Positions 53,477 through 64,000 of a stretch of DNA of 64,000 nucleotides are shown one piece after another. This stretch comes from Mobula hypostoma. Its lineage: Eukaryota. The position numbers were made by a program, and so were the translations under genes. Below the pieces are notes generated by a model. It did not search any database, had not been told where the DNA came from, and saw only the letters and a list, made by a program, of their open reading frames with translations. Location: the NCBI RefSeq assembly GCF_963921235.1, contig NC_086097.1:226488001-226552000 (forward strand), given 5' to 3'. Position 1 is the stretch's first letter. Every line of letters starts with the position of its first letter.

Positions 53477-53644
53477 CTAGGTTTATCTATTCTACTTGAT
53501 CTCCAGGCTGGGATTTGCTGCAGTAATTATTTTTATTCACTAAAGTCTGTAAAACATTGATGTAAAATAGTGATAAAAGACCTATTTTTATTCTTTAACT
53601 CCTGAAATGTAGGGGTCCCTGAAGGGCTGTCATTTATTGCACTT

Positions 53645-54200
53645 TATTGTGTGCAGTTTTGGTCCCCTAATCTGAGGAAAGACATCTTTGCCATAGAGGG
53701 AGTACAAAGAAGGTTCACCAGATTGATTCCTGGGATGGCAGGACTTTCATATGAAGAAAGACTGGATGAACTGGGCTTGTACTCGTTGGAATTTAGAAGA
53801 TTGAGGGGGGATCTGATTGAAACATATAAGATCCTAAAGGGATTGGACAGGCTAGATGCAGGAAGATTGTTCCCGATGTTGGGGAAGTCCACAACGAGGG
53901 GTCACAGTTTGAGGATAGAGGGGAAGCCTTTTAGGACCGAGATTAGGAAAAACTTCTTCACACAGAGAGTGGTGAATCTGTGGAATTCTCTGCCACAGGA
54001 AACTGTTGAGGCCAGTTCATTGGCTATATTTAAGAGGGAGTTAGATATGGCCCTTGTGGCTACGGGGGTCAGGGGGTATGGAGGGAAGGCTGGTGCAGGG
54101 TTCTGAGTTGGGATGATCAGCCATGATCATAATAAATGGCGATGCAGGCTCGAAGGGCCGAATGGCCTACTCCTGCGCCTATTTTCTATGTTTCTATGTT
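53645..54200 (+). mobile_element. Young 5'-truncated CR1-like LINE
   Basis: Uninterrupted ORF 53651..54106 (QFWSPNLRKD...RRLRGDLIETYKIL...FFTQRVVNLWNSLP); tail TTCTATGTTTCTATGTTT. Confidence 0.92.
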
Positions 54201-54395
54201 TACTAAGTGGCCCTAAGATGATGGCAATAAACTGCTTTCCTGAACTTCGAAGTTTGTGTAGTAAGTATTTTCAGGTTTGGAAAGTGTGATATTTGAAGAT
54301 GTGGACAAGGTGATGATGTTTCTAAGCACCTGCTCCCCATGTTCTAAATGGCATTAAAGAAAAGTTGGCAAAATTTCACAGTGCAAGCAGTGAAG

Positions 54396-55290
54396 TGCAA
54401 CCTCTGACAGCCCTCCACACTATCCACAACACCTCCAATCTTTGTGTCATTAGTAAGTTTGATAGGATGCAAAACTGGGCTGAGAAGTGGCAGATGGAGT
54501 TCAACCCAGATAAGTGTGAAGTGGTCATTCTGGTAGGTCAAGTATCATGGCAGAATATAGTATTAATGGTAAGACTCTTGGCAGTGTGGAGGATCAGAGG
54601 GATCTTGGGGTCTGAGTCCACAGGACGCCAAAGCAGCTGAGCAGGTTGACTCTGTGGTTAAGAAGGCATATGGTGTATTGGCCTTCATTAATCATGGAAT
54701 TGAATTTAGGAGCTGAGAGGTAATGGTGCAGCTAATAGGACCCTGGTCAGACCCCACTTGGAGTACTCTGCTCAGTTCTGGTTGCCTCACTACAGGAAGG
54801 ATGTGGAAGCCCTCGAAAGGGTGCAGAGGAGATTTACAACGATGTTCCTGGATTGGGGAGCATGTCTTATGAAAACAGGCTGAGTGAACTGGGCCTTTTC
54901 TCCTTGAAGCAACGGAGGATGAGAGGTGACCTGATAGAGGTGTATAAGATGATGAGAGGCATTGATCGTGTGGATAGCCAGAGGCTTTTTTCCCAGGGCT
55001 GAAATGGTTGCCACAAGAGGACACAGGTTTAAGGTGCTGGGGAGTAGGTACAGAGGAGATGTCAGGGGTAAGTTTTTACTCAGAGAGTGGTGAGTGCGTG
55101 GAATGGGCTGCCAGCAACGGTGGTGGAGGCGGATGCGATAGGGTCTTTCAGAGACTTTTGGATGGGTACATGGAGTTTAGAAAAATAGAGGGCTGTGGGT
55201 AAGCCTAGTAATTTCTAAGGTAGGGACACGTTTGGCACAGCTTTGAGGGCAGAAGGGCCTGCATTGGGCTTTAGGTTTTCTATGTTTCTA
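54396..55290 (+). mobile_element. CR1-like LINE with inverted 5' segment (54396-54453)
   Basis: Minus frame NDTKIGGVVDSVEGCQRL next to plus frame DRMQNWAEKWQMEFNPDKCEV; tail TTTTCTATGTTTCTA. Confidence 0.88.
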
Positions 55291-55537
55291 AGAGGTATGT
55301 ATGGCAATGCAGCTTTGCCATTTGGGATGTGACTGACATTTTAAGATGTTAGTTGGGGTGATGATAACATTAGCTGCTTTAGCTTGCATAGTGTTGATCT
55401 TCTTAAGTGTTGTTGAAAATTCATTCCAGTAAAATTAAGAGAGTTATGTAACTGGCAGGGTTTTGGGGAGTCAAGAGATGTGTCATGCATTTTGGAACAT
55501 TCAGCTTCTAACCTGCTCTTGTAGCTGCAATAATTAT

Positions 55538-56351
55538 ACTTGCAAGTAGAACAAGTGCCATACCTACCTACCACAACACCTCCTCCTTCACTACCATTTA
55601 GGGTCCCAAACAATCCTTCTAGGTGAGTCAACACTTCACCTATGAGTCTTTTGAGGTCCTCTAGTGTACCTGGGGCTCCTGGTGTGGTCTCCTGTACAGC
55701 CATAAGATCCGACATTGATTGGGAAACCACTTTGCCGAGTACCTATACTCTGTCTGCTAGAAAAGACAGGATCTCCATGTCTACCCATTTCAATTCTACT
55801 TCCCATTCCTAATCTGACATGTCATTCTAAGACCTCCTCTACTGCTGTGATAAGGCCACACCTCATGTTGAAGGAGCAACACCTTGTATTCCAACCTGAT
55901 GGCGTGAACATCGATTTCTCGAACTTCTGGTAATTGCACCCCCCCCCTCACCATTCCCCATCTCCTTTTTCCTCTCTCACTTTATCTGCTTCCCTGCCTA
56001 TCACCTCCCTCTGCTCCTACCCCTTCCCTTTCTTCCATGGCCTTCTGTCCTCCCTTAACAGAATTCCCCTTCGCCAGCCCTTTATCTCTTTCACCAATCA
56101 ACTTCCCAACTGCTTACTTCCCTCTCTCCCTATTTCACCTATCCTCTATTACCTTGTACTTCTTCCTCCGCTCCTCCCATCTTCTTACTCTGACTTCTCA
56201 TCTCTTTCTTTTTCTAGTCCTGATGAGGGGTCCCAGCCCAAAACGTTGACTGTTGACTCTTTTCCATAGATGCTGCCTGGCCTGCTAAGTTCCCCCAGCA
56301 TTTTGTGTGCATTATTTTGATTTCCAGCATCTGCAGATTTTCTCTTGTTTA
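55538..56351 (+). mobile_element. 5'-truncated Penelope-like element (nuclease region and 3' repeat) with 10 bp target duplication
   Basis: Colinear with 38290-39097; CAATAATTAT at 55528-55537 and 56352-56361. Confidence 0.82.
56216..56251 (+). ncRNA. Degenerate minimal type I hammerhead ribozyme motif in the Penelope 3' repeat
   Basis: AGTC-CTGATGA-GGGG-TCCCAG-CCC-AAAA-C-GTT-GACT: stem I, CUGAUGA core and stem II are present, but the GAAA box reads AAAA. Confidence 0.6.
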
Positions 56352-57384
56352 CAATAATTATGTGATTGGTCCATTTTAAGCTTCTGAGAAAAGTGAGCCT
56401 CAGCATTCTGATGATAAGGTATTCCTTGATGCTAACCCACTGAAAGTCTCATAGATCCTACTAGACTATCTCTTATTCAAGATCATTAGTAGGCACGTCT
56501 ATGTCAAAAATATAATTTTCTCCTTATCAGTTAAAGCTTGAAATTTGTCCAGATCTTGTCTAGCAGCAGACTACTTCATTATCTATGGAAATGTGTGTTG
56601 AACTGATTCATATGGCATATTGTATGCCTTTTAAGAACAGCATTCTGTGTCCTATTTGGCTTCTCTCGTGAAACGCTGGTAATGTTGCAAAATAGCTAAA
56701 ATATATTTTGATTTTTGCCTTCATAAGTCCAACATTGCATTCCACCAATGTGCATTGAAAATTAGTTGGAAACCCATTAAAGCATAACTACATGGCAATA
56801 CAAGTAGTTCTGGATTTCTCATCCACAAGTTCCTGTCTTTGGTTTGTAACAGGATGTGTTTCAGGTTGTTTGTGTAACTGTGTGGCATCAATATGAACAG
56901 TAGCCTTCATCATCTAAACCCTTGAGCTTCCTTTTTCTGCCAATAATACAGGACTCAAAATAACAAGGGGAGCACTGACAGTCTTGCATTAGGTTTGAAA
57001 GATTCAATCCAATAGCTGATATTAATGCCGCTAATACAGGTTGGTGGAGCGGAATGTGTGGAAACACATGAACCTAACTTTCTCATCAACATCAATTAAC
57101 GGTGTTATGACGTGTAGTGCAGTGCATTTTGACATGCGAATAATGCTGAAGAAATAGTTACTCATTTGCTCTGTCTGCATTTCTCATCCTGATGTATGGA
57201 TTAACGTTATTTTAATCTCAGCACCAATTTGTTTATTTTAAATGGCAGCGGTCTAGCAGAGTTTATTTGAAATGGGTTTCTGCTGGCATTGGAGTAAAAC
57301 TGATGAAGAGAATCCAGGCATTACTTTCTTTGTTTTCCCTCTCTTCACAAGTCTCAGTGAAGGGGAGCTCCGATTTCAAATTTG

Positions 57385-57772
57385 AGAAGTGCAGTCCCAC
57401 CCTCCCTGCTCATGGACTGTTTGTCCCACTCCCATCAGGGAGGAGGCTACGCAACACCCACGCCAGGACCACCAGACTCAAGAACAGTTACTGTCCCCAA
57501 GCCATCAGGCTGATCAACACCTCCAGCCATTAACCCCCACCACCACTAGTTTATCATTTCTTGTCAGAGCCACCTCATTTACAGATACTCTTGTAGTAGC
57601 TAGTTCAATCAGTCTGTATATAAGCTAGTTTTATGTATGTGTATTTATTGTGTTTATATGGGTTCATTATGCTAATTGTATTTTTTTATGCTGCATCGGA
57701 TGCAGAGTAACAATCATTTTGTTCTCCTTTACACTCGTGTGCTGGAGAATGATAATCAACAATCTTGAATCT
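57385..57772 (+). mobile_element. Rex1/Babar-like LINE 3' end (different subfamily)
   Basis: Frame PAHGLFVPLPSGRRLR...RTTRLKNSYCPQAIRLIN; tail CAATCTTGAATCTT. Confidence 0.8.
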
Positions 57773-60700
57773 TCGAGAAATGTACAGACTGATCTACTGA
57801 TCACAAAGTACATCTGTGGCCAAGGTACATGAACTCTACCAGTAAGCATCTGAATTGAATCAGTAACACCAATTTGGGTTAATGATTTTTCTCCAAAAAT
57901 CTCTCTGTTACAATGCATGATTATTCCACCAACTCTGAGCTATTTTTTATTCCCAAAATATTATTTTTGGTGTCTGCAAAACGTATTTACAATAGTCAAG
58001 GATATAAAGATAAACAGTGCAGTCACACACAGGAAAAAAAAGGTGTTTTGTTTAAGAGTAAATGAATAATTCTTTTGTGGATCTTAGAGAGCCCACATTG
58101 GGTCATTTGAAATGAAGAATTTTCAGGGTTGGCTTGCTTGACTTCCTGTCGAATGTTCTTTGCAAGAAATGCAAATACCATGCAACACCTGTTGCTCAGC
58201 TGGGATTGTATGCCTGGGTATTTTTACTTGAGGTGTCCATTGTCTTTCTAGCTGTGAGCCGGAAGCAATGAACTGATTAATTACTCCATCTTCTATCTCT
58301 ACATCTGTCACCAGTGAAGCAGAATAGTCTGTCTGGATTCCATTATGCCTTTTTCAAATTTGGGTTAAGGAGTCGCCTAAGCCTGTATGCATTGCTTGTC
58401 TTTATCTTTAGCAAAAAGGCATAACTGAGAATAGATCCTCATATGACTTTTAGTAAAGAAGTTTCCTGAGGGAGCCATGCCGAGGATCTTCATTACCTAC
58501 GTTATGGATGACAGCACTATTGCTACATCTTGCATGGAGAATGGCTGAGGTATAGAATTGAGAGCAGACTACCAATGTAAGCTATGGTTGTATAAATTCT
58601 GTGCATTTTAGTAGAAGTTGTTGATGTGCTGAGTGGCATATCATTAACACTGAAGTCATATCATTCTCGTTTAAATAGGTCTGCATCAACTTTTTTAAAA
58701 TTTAAGTCAAATGCATGACATGTAAGAGATTCCAATTATTGGACTGTCATTGTCCCAACTTGATTGCAAAAGGGTCAAGAAATTGTGGTTAACATTTGTG
58801 TATAAAAGTCACTGTGCATTGGAAAATTGGAAAATGGGTATTTGCCTTCGTACACATACTAAATTTAAAAAAAATGTATTTAGCAGTTTTAGTCATGTTT
58901 GAAGATGTGACAATTTAGCTTCAGTCAGTTTCAATAGTCTAAATAACAATTCTTTTTGATGTAGTAGTTGGGAGCACATATTATGACCCTTTGTAACTGT
59001 TGAAATTAATTGCATCAAAATCACCAGATCAATGTAAAATTGATATCCCCTCCAGAAAAAAATATTTACTTCACAAAATGGGCCCATTATATACCCTTGG
59101 TGGAATGCAATTGTGCCTTATAATGTTAGTATACTAATGTTAGTTAAAGTTGACTTTGATTTTACCATCTTGTACTTGTGCACTGGATTAATGATCCTGC
59201 AAGTTGTAGCAGACCAACGTGAAAAGATAGTTACTACACAGAGACAGATAAGTGAGGGTAGGCAGGAGAACAAAAGGAGGTACACGAGTCTTTCCATTAA
59301 TCTATCCAGGTATTAGCAGAACTTCCTTTATCCTTCACCGTCAAGAGCAGATGGTTTCTTTAGCACTTCAGGGTAAACTCTTGACGCAGGCTGTTTGCTG
59401 ATTGAAATTCCATGTGTTCTGTATAATGGCTGTACTTTCCTCTGGTGTACTTTACAGATGATTATTGTTAGTGCTCGATATTAATTATCAGATATCATCT
59501 CATTCCTCTCTCTCGAGATCAGGCTTGCTGGACACGTCAAGCCATTTGTATGGGTGCATAAAGTGTGAAGTCTGTACAGAATGGGATGTGGACACCACCC
59601 CCTGACCCTGAACCCAATAACCACTCCCAGTCCCCACCCCCATCCCTAGATCACCAAAGGGAACCTTACTGCTTGCTACAAAGAGTTCTGGTAGTTTTGC
59701 TGAGCTTTAATAATGGCAGAAACGCTGTTCATTTTGCTTCAGTCATCAGAAGATCAATCATACAGGGCTTGTACCGGCTTCAATCTGCATAACTAGAGGG
59801 GGAACGAAGTGTGTGTGTGTGTGTATGTGAGATATGCCAGTAGAAACAACAATGAGATGAATTTTCTTTATCAATTTTCACATGTTCACCTGATATTACT
59901 GTATGAAAATCAAGAGTATATTCAGAATCTAGGTAAATATTGGCCTAGTGGAACTATTCTGACTCTATATACTGCAAACACCATTCTTAATCTATTTTCT
60001 TCTTCTGAGCCGTGATGCTGAATGGTTACTTACAAACGTGCTTTTTCTCATCAGCTACGCAGACTTTCAACAAAGAAAACATAATGAGTTAGTGAACAAA
60101 ATTAAATCCATTCTTTGTATTTGTCAATAATAATAATAGACATTGCTTGTGAAGATTTAAAATCATTAACTGCTTCTCCGACAATTGTAAAGTTGATTTC
60201 TGAGCCCGCTGCACACTTTGTAGCATCATCTACTTTTTTTGTATAGAATCAGAAAGCAAAGGCGTAATGATGTGCCCTAATTGATTTTGGACATTGGTTT
60301 TCATTGCATAGATAAGTAATGACTGTGACATTTGATTACAGACTAAGGTACTCATTTAACCTACTTGTTCATATTGGCCAGGATTTCATATGCAAGTAAC
60401 TTACCTCCCTCAGGTTCAGTAGGATTAGATTGTCTGCTGTAATCCCCAGTGCTATGAAACAGTCCTGATAGAACCGTCAGCTTAGGATAATGTTGATGAA
60501 TTTCAGTTTATGTAGATTAATTAACTCTTTCCACTCTATACTAGAAACTCAGTTTGAACGATGTCTAGAAATTGGTCAGCCAATTTTTTAAAACGTGCAC
60601 TCCAACCAGTTTCCTAAAAGAGTGCCACATATAACAGTATGACACTTTATGGTGTGTGGTACAGATCTGAGAAAAGAATCTGGAGCAATTTCAATACTCA

Positions 60701-62235
60701 CAGTCAAATAGGACCAACATATCTATTGAAACTTGTGTATCAGACATCCCACGAGTGGGAGAATCGTACATGGATACTTTTAAGCTAGCTAAAGCCGCAG
60801 TCGATTTCTACATTTTTTTTGCCCAAAATCAAAGAAAACTAAATGTTCTAATCTTCAAAGCGGACATTGGCATGTTGAGTATACTTTGCATGCGGATTCA
60901 TTCTGCCCACCATTGTAATCTTTGGTGTAAATGAGGACTTCAGTATATAGTGGCCCAAAGAAAGTGCTGGACATGCCAATCACCATGAGTTTACAAGAAA
61001 GAAGCTAACAAAAGAGTTTCTGTGTTCCTATTTCACTGAATGTTCCTTGAGCTTTTAAGAAAAGGCAAATACTGGATATAGTTACCTTACTCAGACTTGC
61101 TCTGTGGTGGATATTACAGACTGTATTTGAAAGGTTTTTTTGTATTTTATATATTTATTTACCATGGTTACAGTTAATCATTCATTATTCCAGGAAATGA
61201 CATTCAATCTTTGTTATAGAAAAATAATTCAAATTTATTACTTTTAAAAAGCACACTTTCAGCAATTGCTTCTAACAAAAAAATTGGCATTAATGTAGAA
61301 ATGTAGTGTTGCTATTATATCAGTCTCTACTGGTACTAGGAAGGAAAAACCTATTACGATGTATAAAATTCTAATTTTTTAAATGTGTCTTGGCAGTTCC
61401 CAGGCTTTGGAGATAAAACATTTCTTTTTAAATCTGTTTTCCAAGTATTATGAAAAATGTTCATTCCAAATTTTGGAATATCAGTATACAGATTTAGCAT
61501 TTCCGAAAACAGTATAGATAGCTAGTTTGAATGACTCCACATTGCATCATACAAAACAGTAATTGGACAATCCAAAACCGGAATGGTTTATTTTTTTTAC
61601 ATTCACTAGGAATTTGTTAGATTTTGTGCTTTTCCCAATCAACCATTCTTTTATTTATATGAAAGTTATGTCGTATGAACTTGAGCAATGCTTTTACCTT
61701 TGTACAGTGTAATTCATATGGACATTTGATGGGCAGATGATTAGTCGGGAATGATTTCTTTAAAATGAAAATTAATTGCAATTTGTGCAGCCTTCATTAG
61801 TATGCTTTTATAATTGCATATGTGAGACTGCATGACTGGATTTGGCTGGAATTGGTTAAGAATTGTTGCATCTTATTGATATAAGTGGCTCACTGTCGAC
61901 ATACTAGAGATTTCTCCTTAATTTGCAAAGTGCCAAGGGGGACAAAAACAGATTGTTTCTCCAAAGATGAACAAAAACTGTTTTAGAAATCTTGATTCTC
62001 ATCCTTTGAAAAGATAATACAATTTACTTTTCATATTTTTTTCCTCTAGCTAGTTTGGATCAGAGTTATGCCTATGAGTTGTTACTTTTGGATTACTGAG
62101 CAACAATAATTATAATATTTCAGTTATTATTTTCTACTGTTGAATATAACTTAAAAAGAACTTTTGGGAGTTTGAAAGTTGTTAATTACAAAAAGGTAAA
62201 AAGGAATTTCTGTGTTAGTCTTTATTTATTCAGAC

Positions 62236-62472
62236 TGTTATGTTTTGTAACTCCAAAACTTTAAACTAATTAAAAGAAAGAAATGTGAGTCTTAATTCTG
62301 TTTTTACTTTAGGTGAAGCGCCAATGTATCATGTGGTAGGATCATGATATATGCAATTCACATATTTTTACATATATAACCCTTAATGAATTACTTAAAA
62401 ACAAAGAATGCTTAATCAAACAATATATTTACAAGATCGCTCAAATATTACTGAAATATTAAATACATAGCA
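62236..62472 (-). repeat. 3' LTR (237 bp) of the Gypsy element
   Basis: Inverted ends TGTTATGT (62236) and ACATAGCA (62472); adjacent CTCCTCCC (62473-62480) is the polypurine tract on the minus strand. Confidence 0.8.
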
Positions 62473-62781
62473 CTCCTCCCTGCTTAGCTATAAACTCCAA
62501 CTTAAGTAGCGTGCATCTCAACGATATACACAGTACATGATATAACTACATTCACAGCGAAGAAGATTTTTAAATTGTCCCATTCAGGTGTACAGATTTA
62601 ATCGCTGTGGAGGATTTGTTACTCATGTGGGATAATGTCTTTCCTGACAAGAGTGGTCACTCTGCTTGGCAGATGAGACTTGTAGCTGTGAAAACAATCT
62701 CATGTTCTGGGGCTTCCTCTGTGGTGGTTGTAGGAGTTGACTCTGAAACTGCAGGAAATGGTTCTGACAGTTCAGGACACC

Positions 62782-63344
62782 TTCCTTTTCCTTCCTTTAT
62801 CTCTTTCTAGTTTGTGCATCTTGATCTTGAGAAAGTGCATTTAATTCACTGGAGTATTCTCTTATTAATCCTTCAATTGCTCCCTTTACAATCTGATCTC
62901 TCCTCTTGGTTTCTTCATCCACAACATCATCTGATGAATCATCTGTTTTCATATCTTCATGGACTGCTTTCTGATTGGCCTTCCATTCATCCAGCTGGGC
63001 TTTGATCTTTGCATTTACTTTTACAGGCAGCTTTTTGTCTCCCACTTGAAGTTCATGCAATAACCTTAATGCACACTGAGTAAATTTAGGTTCTTTATAC
63101 TCACAAAAGCTGAATGCTTGCAACTTTCCTGAAGCTCTTTGAACTCTCTCCCAGCTTAAAACCAAGCCACTTTCCCCAAGTAACTGCCTGATTAGCATAT
63201 GAGAAGCTTTCTCAGATATGTTGCCTACAAAACCTGTTGTAGTCAGACTAGTATTTTTGTCACTTCCACGCTTCCTCTGAGCAGAATGGTTTTTCTTGGT
63301 GCAATATGCTTTCCAGCCAGAGGCACAAAAATTGGCACCAACAT
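62782..63344 (-). pseudogene. RBM25: Intronless RBM25 (RNA-binding motif protein 25) fragment covering the RRM and following region
   Basis: TTTGFVGNISEKASHMLIRQLLGESGLVLSWERVQRASGKLQAFSFCEYKEP...KAQLDEWKA...DEETKRRDQIVKGAIEGLIREYSSELNA matches RBM25 as I know it; upstream frame MLVPIFVPLAGKHIAPRK joins via a frameshift; in-frame TAA at 62799-62797; no poly(A) tail. Confidence 0.92.
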
Positions 63345-64000
63345 CTATTTGCCCTTTGTTGGGCAACAGTTCATGGTGTACAGCATAGAGAGAGTTGTAG
63401 TATCATCCAGTATTTTTCTAAATTTACTTCCTGATGGTTCTATTGCAGGAGATGTGGCATGCAAGTGGTAGATGGAACTCCATTGAATTTGTAGTTATCT
63501 CAGCCATTCACAACCCCACAATGCTGGCCCTCCTGTTTTTAAAAATGCATACAAGACCAATGTGCTTTGTCCGTTGATGTACTTTACTATTACAAATATC
63601 ATTCCTACAGGAGTTATCTTTTCTCCAGTTTAAGTTCTTCGTTGGATATCTACAGGATTCAGTTTAGGATCTTTGAAGTGCCACTCAGTTACGTGGGGTG
63701 ACAGAAACAGCCTAGCCAGTGTCCATTTCCATTTTAATTAATTTGTTGTTCACCTCTGGTATAAGGTATATTGCTGGTCTTTATGTTAGTTTCCACATCG
63801 AAATGCTCAAATTAACCAGTCCTGGGTCATCTCTCATCATTATCAGATGCAGACTAGTGCTCTTTTTGAAATTTCAACTTGACTTTTTCTCCTTTTTCTC
63901 TTCTCTGTGCAGTCCATTTCTTTTTGTCTGCCCAACACGCTGTTTGTAAGTGACCTACTCTGTTGCATTTTCTGCAAGTTTTACCTTTAAACCTGCATTG

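Larger units (their letters stand above)
19439..64000 (+). other. ZFHX4: Long ZFHX4 intron continuing past the window end
   Basis: Canonical donor at 19439; no later ORF in the track shows zinc-finger or homeodomain sequence. A short exon could have been missed. Confidence 0.8.
62236..64000 (-). mobile_element. Gypsy-type LTR retrotransposon, internally deleted, carrying a host RBM25 fragment; 5' part lies beyond the window
   Basis: Minus strand: Gag knuckle CRKCNRVGHLQTAC (63976-63935), protease KMEMDTG*AVSV (DTG 63723-63715) and GGPALWGCEWL, Pol tail CQERHYPT*VTNPPQRLNL (~62650-62593), polypurine tract GGGAGGAG directly before the LTR. Confidence 0.88.

Noticed and set aside
62797..63366. 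Functional RBM25 retrogene
   Set aside because: Non-ATG ORF start in filler sequence, frameshift near the start, substitutions in conserved RRM positions, premature stop, and no C-terminal domains.
1..64000. CRISPR arrays, prokaryotic systems, genuine tRNA or rRNA genes
   Set aside because: No regularly spaced repeat-spacer array or operon structure; tRNA-like boxes occur only as SINE heads.

Overview
Vertebrate genomic DNA, most likely from a cartilaginous fish (inferred from the CR1/Rex/Penelope/V-SINE repeat mix and the protein divergence). The only host gene is ZFHX4 on the + strand: part of the upstream intron, the large first coding exon (14963-17589, ATG at 15009), the next coding exon (18936-19438), then more than 44 kb of the following intron with no further exon recognised. 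The first ~25 kb is almost free of transposons and rich in candidate regulatory sequence; 26-58 kb is dense with CR1, Rex1/Babar, RTE, Penelope, SINE, Tc1 and LTR relics. Main finding: a minus-strand Gypsy-type LTR retrotransposon (62236 to beyond the window end) whose RT-RNaseH-integrase core is replaced by an intronless fragment of the host splicing-factor mRNA RBM25, resembling retroviral gene transduction. Also notable: a Tc1 element rebuilt as a fold-back with ~0.7 kb arms, hammerhead-ribozyme-like Penelope termini with hairpin derivatives carrying ~14 bp target duplications, a 5'-inverted CR1, and two uORFs plus a possible intronic poly(A) isoform at ZFHX4. All family and orthology calls come from motif recognition by eye; no database search was run.
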